From Thermomicrobiales bacterium (lineage in GTDB: Bacteria; Chloroflexota; Chloroflexia; Thermomicrobiales; UBA6265): 64,000 bases of DNA. The notes under the pieces are model-generated. The model had not been told where the DNA came from and made no database searches. It was given only the letters and a program-made list of their open reading frames with translations. The translations under genes were made by a program, and so were the position numbers. Below, one piece after another: positions 56,838 through 64,000 of this stretch (position 1 is the stretch's first letter; each line of letters begins with the position of its first letter). The stretch covers positions 12,798-76,797 of the forward strand of contig JBHOQQ010000172.1 of NCBI GenBank assembly GCA_042408955.1, given 5' to 3'.

Positions 56838-57917
56838 GTGACTCATCAACGCATTCCTGAATCTCCTCCGGCTCTCAAGTGCACGGGTATCGTCAAGCGA
56901 TATGGCGCCGTGACCGCCGTTGCCGGCGTAGATCTCGTTGCCGAGCGTAGCGAGGTGGTTGCACTACTTGGCCCGTCCGGCTGCGGAAAGACCACCACGC
57001 TGCGCCTCATCGCCGGGTTTGAAGATCTCGATGCCGGAACGATTGAGATTGGCGGCCGCATCGTCGCCACGCCAGATTGGCGCGAGCCGCCGGAGCGCCG
57101 CCGTGTCGGCATGGTGTTTCAGGATGGAGCGCTCTTTCCTCATCTCTCGGTCTTCAAGAACGTGGCGTTCGGTCTACCTCGAAGTGAGGACCGTGCGGCG
57201 AAAGTCCGCGCTGCGCTGGAGATGGTCGGTCTGACCGGCTACGAGGACCGCATGCCCTTCGAGCTTTCCGGAGGTCAGCAACAGCGTGTGGCACTCGCCC
57301 GCGCGCTCGCGCCATCCCCGGAGGTCATTCTGCTCGATGAGCCGTTCTCAAGCCTGGACGCCGAGCTACGCGCTAGCGTCCGGGCGGAAGTGCGCCAGAT
57401 TCTCTCGGAAGCCGGCGCGACGGCGATCCTCGTGACCCACGATCAAGAAGAGGCGCTCAGCATCTCGGATCGCGTGGCGGTCATGTGGCAGGGCCGCATC
57501 GTGCAGCAAGCGTCGCCAGAAGAGCTCTATCACCGGCCGATTAGCAGGGAAATCGCGGTGTTCGTGGGCGACGCCCAGTTCATCCCTGGCGAGGGCATGG
57601 GGCGCCGTGTGGTGACAGAGCTCGGCGAGCTGCCTGTGCATGGCACCGCGCACGGCCCCGTTGACGTCATGCTCCGTCCGGAGGCGCTCCGGCTGATTCC
57701 AGCGACAGATGGGCAAGAGCCCAACGCGACCGTCCTGACGCGCCTCTTTTACGGACATGACCAACTCATGACCGTGCGCCTTGACACCGGGCGCATCGTG
57801 AAAGCGCGACTAGGCACCTATGGCGGCATCCGGCCTGGCGACCGCGTCCATGTCAGCGTTCGTGGCGCGGCGCTTACCTTCCCGCGTGAGGATGGTTCAT
57901 GCGCGTCGAAATCGTGA
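56838..57917 (+). CDS. Fe(3+)/polyamine-type ABC transporter ATP-binding protein (FbpC-like)
   Basis: [43 protein letters not shown], and a C-terminal TOBE-like region. Confidence 0.9.
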   Translation: MTHQRIPESPPALKCTGIVKRYGAVTAVAGVDLVAERSEVVALLGPSGCGKTTTLRLIAGFEDLDAGTIEIGGRIVATPDWREPPERRRVGMVFQDGALFPHLSVFKNVAFGLPRSEDRAAKVRAALEMVGLTGYEDRMPFELSGGQQQRVALARALAPSPEVILLDEPFSSLDAELRASVRAEVRQILSEAGATAILVTHDQEEALSISDRVAVMWQGRIVQQASPEELYHRPISREIAVFVGDAQFIPGEGMGRRVVTELGELPVHGTAHGPVDVMLRPEALRLIPATDGQEPNATVLTRLFYGHDQLMTVRLDTGRIVKARLGTYGGIRPGDRVHVSVRGAALTFPREDGSCASKS

Positions 57918-58399
57918 GCGAGAGCCCCGAGCAAACGCGGGCACTCGGCGCTGCTATCGGCCGGCGCCTTCGCCCGGGGGATGTCGTGCTGCTGCACGGC
58001 GATCTCGGTGCCGGAAAAACCACGCTCACCCAAGGAATTGCCGAAGGGCTTGGCATCCGCGATTACGTGCAGAGCCCTACCTTCACGCTCGTGGCAGAGC
58101 ACCCTGGCCGCACCGCCAGCGGCGATCCGATCGTTCTCTATCACTTGGATCTGTACCGCCTGAGTGGGGCTCACGATCTGGAAACCTTCGGCTACGACGA
58201 GTTCCTCGCTCCAGTGGACGGCATTACCGTTATTGAATGGCCGGAGCGCGCGGAAGGATGGTTGCCGGACGCCTATTTGCTCGTGCACCTGGAAGTGGCC
58301 GGACCAGAGCGGCGCCGGATCACGGTCGAGGCGATCCCCAGCGTCGGGCATTTAGCAGATCTCGTTCGTGACCTCTCCGCCGCGCACGCCACACCCTAG
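57899..58399 (+). CDS. tsaE: tRNA t6A37 biosynthesis ATPase TsaE (YjeE)
   Basis: ...TRALGAAIGRRLRPGDVVLLHGDLGAGKTTLTQGIAEGLG...VQSPTFTLVAEH...LYHLDLYRL. Overlaps the preceding gene by 19 nt. Confidence 0.9.
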   Translation: MRVEIVSESPEQTRALGAAIGRRLRPGDVVLLHGDLGAGKTTLTQGIAEGLGIRDYVQSPTFTLVAEHPGRTASGDPIVLYHLDLYRLSGAHDLETFGYDEFLAPVDGITVIEWPERAEGWLPDAYLLVHLEVAGPERRRITVEAIPSVGHLADLVRDLSAAHATP

Positions 58400-58439
58400 C
58401 GCGAAGTTCGTGGGGCTAGAAATTACAGGCTGAGGCCAC

Positions 58440-58930
58440 CAAGGCGGGCTTGCTACCCGTGTGCGGCGTCAGATTCCTGTCTTCGCGCTCATCGCTCGCT
58501 TTGCTCGGGACACGGCTCACCACACAGACAAAGCCTCTCAAGGGGGCTGAAAGGCGGACGCATCCGCCCGGCATCCCTCCCCGGCATTCGTTCGCGACGG
58601 CGCGGGCATGCTCCCTGCAGCATCTCGTGCATGCTCCGTCATTCCGTTCGCGATAGCGCGGGAGTGCGAAGCGAGGAATCTCTCGCGTCCCTGCCGCGCA
58701 GCTCGGCAGCCCGAGGCAGCAGCCGCAGTCTTGTCATCCCGTTCGCGATCGTGCGGGCGTGCAGAGCGAGAAAGCTCTCAGCCGTCCAGCCGGCTTTCGC
58801 CAGCTTCGTGGTGGCAGTGCGGAGACGTTAAGCCCCGCGCGATGAGGCTAAGCTTTGTCCCGAGCGAAGCGAGGATGCAAATCTTTAAGGCCCGAGCGAA
58901 GGGCGGACCCAGAATTGGTTGGTTGAACGC
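58440..58930. repeat. Largest mosaic repeat cluster; three tandem copies of the ~47-nt unit plus shared hairpin modules
   Basis: Units at 58583-58611 (partial), 58638-58684 (GTCATTCCGTTCGCGATAGCGCGGGAGTGCGAAGCGAGGAATCTCTC) and 58733-58779 (GTCATCCCGTTCGCGATCGTGCGGGCGTGCAGAGCGAGAAAGCTCTC). Degenerate AGCCGGC-TTTC-GCCAGCT at 58788-58805. GTCCCGAGCGAAGCGAGGATG at 58857-58877. Confidence 0.8.
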
Positions 58931-58937
58931 GGTCACC

Positions 58938-60266
58938 TTAGCGCTGGGCAATGGGCTGACTGCGCTGCCGGATGATGCTCGCGACGGCATCGGCCGCGGC
59001 TTGGAGTGCTGCCTGGGCCGTTTGCTGCCCAGCAAGCGCGCGCTGGATCTCGGTGCCCAGCGCGTGCGTGACCGCGGCGTAGTCGGGTGTGATGAAGCTG
59101 TTGTATGGATGGCTCGCTTGCTCTGCGACCACAGCCGCGTGCGGCGCGAATTGCTGCACTTCCGGATCAGCGAGCACGGAACGCCGAATTGGAAGCCACG
59201 ACGTGGCGAGCCCCTGCTGCTTTTGGATTTCCGGACTGAGATTCCACGCGACGAATCGCCAGGCAAGTTTGGGATGACTCGATGCCACTGCGATGGTCCA
59301 GGCATCGGCACCGTCAATTGACGCGCTTCCGGCGGGGCCGGCCGGGAGCATCGCAACTCCCAGGCTCCCTGTGATGCGGGAGGCAGCCGGGTCTTGCGCC
59401 GTCTGCCACATGAAGGGCCAATTCATCATCATTGATGCCTGACCAGACATAAAGAGAGCCGTCGCGTCGTTGATTGTTCGACTTTGCAAGGCGTCGGGAT
59501 GGGTGGACGGCAAGAGGTCGAGCATGCATCGCAGCGCCGCGATTCCCTCTTCCGAATTGAACGCCGGAAGGCCGCCCTCGTCGTACATGGTGCCTCCGGC
59601 CTGCTGAAGAAATGCCATGAAGTATGAGGCGACTCCGCCGATTCCTTCAGCCGTGCCATAATTCTGCACCCAACCGTATCGACCCTGGCGCGTGAGCGCG
59701 GCTGCCGCTTCTTTGAGCGCTTCCCAGGTTGTTGGCGGCTCCCGCACGCCTGCTTCTTCGAAGTGCTCCCGGTTATAAAACAAGATCAGCAGGGACAAGG
59801 TGAATGGAACGCCGAAGACGCGTCCATTCCAGGTCGTTGCATTGAACGCAGATGGTGGCAAGTCCGTGCGCAGCTCGGCCGGGATGCGGTCATCCAAAGG
59901 GGCCAAATAGCGAGCAAATTCTGGAACCCACCCGGCCATGTAGATGACATCGTAGATTGGATCGCTCCCGGCAACATCATTCGCGATGGCATTGTGGAGC
60001 TCTGACCACCGGCGCGCATCGAACGAAACGTGGGCATCGTTCGCTTCTTTCCACCGGGCCAATGCATCCAGCGCAAACGCGGCGACCCCTGGCGGAGCAG
60101 GATCCGGCGGTAAAGGGGCAAGCACCCTGAGCCGCGTCGTGGCGCTGGCAGCACGCCATCCTGGCCCCAAGAGCCCACTTGCCAGCGTTGCACCTCCCAG
60201 GGCCATGGCTCTGCAGATACCGCGACGGCTCGCGCGCTGGCACCACCACGACTGACCCGCCTTCAT
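58938..60266 (-). CDS. Orphan ABC substrate-binding protein, family 1 (sugar-type), Tat-type signal
   Basis: MKAGQSWWCQRASRRGICRAMALGGATLASG; the body resembles extracellular solute-binding family 1 (...MMNWPFMW...). No adjacent permease or ATPase. Start is ATG 60266 or 60287. Confidence 0.7.
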   Translation of the reverse strand: MKAGQSWWCQRASRRGICRAMALGGATLASGLLGPGWRAASATTRLRVLAPLPPDPAPPGVAAFALDALARWKEANDAHVSFDARRWSELHNAIANDVAGSDPIYDVIYMAGWVPEFARYLAPLDDRIPAELRTDLPPSAFNATTWNGRVFGVPFTLSLLILFYNREHFEEAGVREPPTTWEALKEAAAALTRQGRYGWVQNYGTAEGIGGVASYFMAFLQQAGGTMYDEGGLPAFNSEEGIAALRCMLDLLPSTHPDALQSRTINDATALFMSGQASMMMNWPFMWQTAQDPAASRITGSLGVAMLPAGPAGSASIDGADAWTIAVASSHPKLAWRFVAWNLSPEIQKQQGLATSWLPIRRSVLADPEVQQFAPHAAVVAEQASHPYNSFITPDYAAVTHALGTEIQRALAGQQTAQAALQAAADAVASIIRQRSQPIAQR

Positions 60267-60419
60267 CACCCACTGGCTCCCCACCACGGTTCACGTCAAT
60301 GGCTACCGCAATACCACCCTCCCCACCCAGCTGCGGGGAGTGAGAGGGTGGTTGTCCCGATAATCGTTGCGGAGGAGGAGTTCGTCAATGCGTGACGAGG
60401 GGCATCGCTGCCACGGCGA

Positions 60420-60839
60420 CTACCAACGCAGCAGTCGCGTCGGCCGGATGCGGATTGCTTGGGAATAGTCCGCTACCATCGCGCTCGGCTCCCACTGCAT
60501 TTCCCGCAGAAGCGCAGCGTATTTGTCGAAATAGGGACCGAGGGGCAGCGTCGAGGCTGGCTCCGGCAACAGCGTGGCCTCGCCTTCAAGGATGATGACA
60601 TCGTGGCCGTCGTTCGTGTTGTCGAGGGCGACGCTCACGTGAGGTTGAGCCCGTAGGTTACGGATTTTCTGCGTGTTGGGTTGACTCAGCACGAGGAGAG
60701 ATTCACCATCCCAAAAGAACCAGACGGGAACAATGTGCGGCCTGCCATCGGGACGAACCGACGTGAACCACAAGATGAGGTCGCGACGCAAGCGCTCATC
60801 CACATGTGCCTGGCCTGGCGTGTGATCCAGAATCGGCAT
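60420..60839 (-). CDS. Pyridoxamine-5'-phosphate-oxidase-fold (PPOX/F420- or FMN-binding) family protein
   Basis: ...ILWFTSVRPDGRPHIVPVWFFWDGESLLVLSQPNTQKIRNLRAQPHVSVALD...VIILEGEATL. Start is ATG 60839 or 60878. Confidence 0.7.
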   Translation of the reverse strand: MPILDHTPGQAHVDERLRRDLILWFTSVRPDGRPHIVPVWFFWDGESLLVLSQPNTQKIRNLRAQPHVSVALDNTNDGHDVIILEGEATLLPEPASTLPLGPYFDKYAALLREMQWEPSAMVADYSQAIRIRPTRLLRW

Positions 60840-60967
60840 GGATAGCCCCCGTACGAGATTGCGGGTTTCGTGAGCCATAACCGCTGAGCGGGCGCCCAAA
60901 GCCATCCGCCCCGCGATCTCCCTCCCGGGCGGATGGGAAAGCGACGGGTAACTCAAGAGATAGGTGC

Positions 60968-63900
60968 TTAGCTTCCCCAGTCGACGTCGTAAAACCCGCT
61001 GCCGTCGCCAGACATTTCGATGGCGCAGCCATCGTAGCCGCCGAATCCACCTTGTCCGCTCGTCGCGGTGCCATTGACGGCTACAGCACAGCCGCCATCG
61101 CCGAAATCGCCGCCATTGCCGCCCGTGGCGTTGCCGTTGATTGCGGTTGCATCGCCGCCGCGTCCGCCCGATGCGCTGCCATCGGACACGCCAGGATTGC
61201 CGCCGTTCCCGCCGGTGGCGTTCCCGTTGATGGCAGTCGCGTTGCCCCCGTTGCCGCCGCTGCCGGTGGTGGAGCCGCTACTCGCGGCAGTGGCTCCGGC
61301 GCCGCCAGTCGCGACTCCGCCATTGCCGCCGTTGCCGCCCGTGGCGTTGCCGTTGACCGCGTAGGCGTCGCCGCCCGCGCCGCCATTCCCGCCAACCGCT
61401 TCGGCGCCGGTCGCGTTACCGCCGTCACCGCCATTGCCGCCCGTGGCATCGCCCCCGTTCGCCTCGGCGTTACCGCCGCGCCCACCATCGCCGCCGACCG
61501 CGGAGCCTCCGAACGCTGCACCGCCGTCGCCACCGTTGCCACCGACCGCGTTCCCACCAAGAATGACACCCTCACCACCGGTGGCATTGCCGCCGGCACC
61601 ACCCGCGCCCCCGCGGGTGGTATCCGTGACATCACCGGAGAAGGTGCACGAGGCACCGATGACCGGAGCCGGTCCTGCGCCAAGCGCAGACACGAGCCCG
61701 TTGAGATCGCAGGAACTTGTCAGCGTGTTGGCGTCGAATGCGCCGCCGCCATTGCCGCCGTGGCCACCCGTGGCATTTCCACCGATCAGCCCAAAGCCGC
61801 CCTTAGCGTTCCCACCGGTGCCGCCGTTCCCGCCAATGGTGAGGTCGCCGCCATTGTTCCCGGCCGATAGCGTGCCGGAGTAGCCAATGGTGTAGACACC
61901 AATATCGATGGCGCTGCCGCCCCCGGTACCGTCTCCTCCGAAGGCATCACCGCCGTTGCCAAGCTGGCCCTCTTCCACCACGCCAAGGAAAACGTTGCCC
62001 GAGGTGGCGATTCCATTGGCCGAACCGCCCTGCGTGGCGACGCCGTCAGCCGCTGTGCCCGGCGTGCCAACGCCGTTCGAGGCGTTCCCATTCTGGTGAG
62101 GTGTGGTGATGATGTTCGAGGTGGCAGTTCCAGGCGTGTCTCCTGTGCCACCGCTGACCGCTCCGGGGTTGACAGTGCCTGACGCCGCTCCGGCGCTGCC
62201 TGTGCCACCGACACCCGCGCCTGCGGTTCCCCGCGCGCCGCCGGTGCCAGCACCGCCAGTGCCAGTTCCGGCCGTCACCGTGCCGAGGGTAAAAGTGCCC
62301 TCGGTGTATGAGCCACCGGTGCCCCCGTCCCCGCCAATCGCATCGCCGCCCGCGCCACCATCACCACCGCGCGTGACATCGTTGGCGCTGCCCGACGCAG
62401 CGATACTCCCGCTCCCGCCGCTGACCTGAACGCCGATAGTAATGGCCGAGCCGCCGGCACCGCCATTTCCGCCGCGAGCGGTCCCACCATTGCCGCCGTC
62501 GCCGCCAATCGCATCGCCGGCATAGATGTTACCGCCCGTGGCATTGCCGCCCTGGCCGAAACCTCCAGTCCCCGCGCCGCCAATCGCGTTCCCGCCGGTG
62601 CCTGGCCCACCGGATCCGTCGCCGCCGATGTTTCCATTGGCGACCAGATTTACCGCCCCATTGCCGCCAGTGCTGCCCGTGCCTGTCGCATTTCCACCGA
62701 GACCAAACCCGGCTGCAACATTGCCGGACGCACTCCCGCCGGTGCCGTTCCCGCCAACGCCGCGTCCAGCGGTACCTGCGTTGCCTCCGGTTCCAGCGCC
62801 ACCTTGCCCGGCGCCGCCAGCCACATCACCGCCAGTCACATCCGCCTGATTGGCGAGACCGCCGGTTCCCCCAATGCCGCCGAAGCCGTTCCCGCCGGTG
62901 CCGCCGGTGCCCCCAATCACAATGTTGCCACCGACCGTGACGATCGTGACTGTACCATCGACTGTCTTGAGCGACACGGCAATATCCTTGGCGAGTCCGC
63001 CGGTGCCACCCGTGCCACCCTGGCCAGTGCCGCCGGTGCCACCCGCACCCCCGAAGGCGTCACCACCGTAGCTATCGCCACCGGTAGCGTTGCCGCCGGT
63101 GCCTGTGCCGCCTATTCCCGCGCCACCGAGCGAATCACCGCCGATTCCCGCCCCGCCACTGCCGTCTCCGCCGGCGTTGGCGTTATGCACGGTAGTCGCG
63201 GTGCCATTGCCGCCGATGCTGCTGGCACCGATGGCGAGACCACCCTGCCCGGTGCCACCGGTGGTATTGCCGCTCGCGTTGCCGCCGGTGCCATCACCAC
63301 CTAGGCCGTTGCCGCCATTCCCAGCGTTTCCGCCAATCCCCGCGCCGCCAGTGCCATTTCCGCCAGCAACATCACCGCCGAAGACATCGCCAGGGTTGGC
63401 TTCTCCGCCAGTGCCACCCGTCCCGCCGATACCGTCGCCACCAGTGCCACCATTCCCACCGAGGACGATGTTGCTCGCCTCGACGGAGATGGTCACGTCA
63501 CCGGTGTGATCTTTCACTGTCACCGTGACGGCCGTGGCATTACCACCGGCGCCACCTGCTCCGCCGTTGCCGGTGCCTCCTGTGCCGCCGTCGCCGCCGG
63601 TCGCGTTGCCGCCGATCGTCGTGCCGCCAGTCGCATAACCACCCCAGCCATCGCCGCCCATTCCGGCGCCGCCGAGTGAGTCACCGCCAGCGCCGGTGCC
63701 ACCCCGGCCACCGCCGCCTGCGTTGCCGCCGCCGGTGGTCGCACTCACTCCGTCACCAGCGGCTGCTCCCGCGCCGCTCACGTTTCCGCCGGTCGCCGTA
63801 CCACCGGTGGTATTGCCAGAGGCAGCGCCTCCCCGGCCGTCACCACCGATACCCGTGCCACCGTTGCCCGCCAGGCCGCCACGGCCCACGCCGCCTGTCC

Positions 63901-64000
63901 CATTCCCACCAATGACCGGGCCACCGAGCGTCAGGCCGCCATCGGCTGAGCCTCCGGTGCCACCAATCCCTCCAGTTCCAGTCCCTCCAGATCCGCCGTC
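60968..64000 (-). CDS. Giant glycine-rich (GGxGGxGG) tandem-repeat protein, more than 1010 aa, N-terminus beyond window edge
   Basis: One minus-strand frame is open from nt 64000 to TAA at 60968-60970. Gly is about 50% (31 of 60 in a counted stretch). A ~182-aa super-repeat is present. Every other frame over the region is broken by stops. Confidence 0.8.
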   Translation of the reverse strand, partial: DGGSGGTGTGGIGGTGGSADGGLTLGGPVIGGNGTGGVGRGGLAGNGGTGIGGDGRGGAASGNTTGGTATGGNVSGAGAAAGDGVSATTGGGNAGGGGRGGTGAGGDSLGGAGMGGDGWGGYATGGTTIGGNATGGDGGTGGTGNGGAGGAGGNATAVTVTVKDHTGDVTISVEASNIVLGGNGGTGGDGIGGTGGTGGEANPGDVFGGDVAGGNGTGGAGIGGNAGNGGNGLGGDGTGGNASGNTTGGTGQGGLAIGASSIGGNGTATTVHNANAGGDGSGGAGIGGDSLGGAGIGGTGTGGNATGGDSYGGDAFGGAGGTGGTGQGGTGGTGGLAKDIAVSLKTVDGTVTIVTVGGNIVIGGTGGTGGNGFGGIGGTGGLANQADVTGGDVAGGAGQGGAGTGGNAGTAGRGVGGNGTGGSASGNVAAGFGLGGNATGTGSTGGNGAVNLVANGNIGGDGSGGPGTGGNAIGGAGTGGFGQGGNATGGNIYAGDAIGGDGGNGGTARGGNGGAGGSAITIGVQVSGGSGSIAASGSANDVTRGGDGGAGGDAIGGDGGTGGSYTEGTFTLGTVTAGTGTGGAGTGGARGTAGAGVGGTGSAGAASGTVNPGAVSGGTGDTPGTATSNIITTPHQNGNASNGVGTPGTAADGVATQGGSANGIATSGNVFLGVVEEGQLGNGGDAFGGDGTGGGSAIDIGVYTIGYSGTLSAGNNGGDLTIGGNGGTGGNAKGGFGLIGGNATGGHGGNGGGAFDANTLTSSCDLNGLVSALGAGPAPVIGASCTFSGDVTDTTRGGAGGAGGNATGGEGVILGGNAVGGNGGDGGAAFGGSAVGGDGGRGGNAEANGGDATGGNGGDGGNATGAEAVGGNGGAGGDAYAVNGNATGGNGGNGGVATGGAGATAASSGSTTGSGGNGGNATAINGNATGGNGGNPGVSDGSASGGRGGDATAINGNATGGNGGDFGDGGCAVAVNGTATSGQGGFGGYDGCAIEMSGDGSGFYDVDWGS

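Noticed and set aside
58583-58779. Three direct repeats that might be a mini CRISPR array.
   Set aside because: The copies are diverged, their spacing is irregular (55 and 95 nt), and there are inverted copies elsewhere in the window. No cas genes are present. This is consistent with a dispersed hairpin repeat family, not CRISPR.
61052-63915. Plus-strand Pro/Ala-rich ORFs (for example MPPVPVPPIPAPP..., 139 aa) that might encode a proline-rich protein instead of the Gly-rich one.
   Set aside because: All plus-strand frames are fragmented (at most 272 aa) by stops. The minus-strand Gly-rich frame is uninterrupted for more than 3 kb. GGN codons read antisense as NCC (Pro/Ala/Ser/Thr), which explains the shadows.

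Overview
This is a 64-kb high-GC bacterial chromosomal segment. Hand counts on single 60-nt lines give mostly 60-70% GC. Gene content and protein style suggest a Chloroflexota/Thermomicrobia-like organism, but I could not check that. I could assign about 50 protein genes. In map order they are: the atpD 3' part, atpC and murA; a CheY-like regulator; convergent GT2/GT4 glycosyltransferases; rnz; an LCP envelope protein; a CocE/NonD hydrolase; a CitE-like lyase; an rplU-rpmA-rpmE block; a small lower-GC islet (DsrE-like, a glutaredoxin-thioredoxin reductase fusion broken by an in-frame TAA, and a membrane protein); an OmpR/PhoR-type two-component pair; a peptide ABC locus without ATPases; a GAF/PAS kinase; an aminotransferase; a YumC-type FNR; a URO-D-family protein; an MFS transporter; trpS; HxlR; a CrtI-like oxidoreductase; an M55 D-aminopeptidase; a complete amino-acid ABC importer next to a SelA-like PLP enzyme; PhoX; a nitroreductase. 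After these comes an ~11.7-kb iron-acquisition supercluster (DUF3386-like, HmuTUV-like, EfeO/imelysin-like, an FTR1 permease with a ~520-aa N-terminal extension, FbpABC-like). The window ends with tsaE, an orphan sugar-binding protein, a PPOX-family protein and a protein of more than 1000 aa that is about 50% glycine, has a ~182-aa super-repeat and runs off the window edge. I recognised no rRNA, tRNA, CRISPR array, transposase, integrase or defence-system gene. Three items deserve most attention. First, the giant Gly-rich repeat protein (60968-64000). Second, a family of mosaic GC-rich hairpin repeats that fills four intergenic gaps (6325-6672, 35658-36023, 37441-37680, 58400-58937) and includes a ~47-nt unit present five times. 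Third, the nonsense-interrupted Grx-TrxR gene inside the lower-GC islet. All functional calls rest on motif-level recognition of the translated ORFs. No database search was run.
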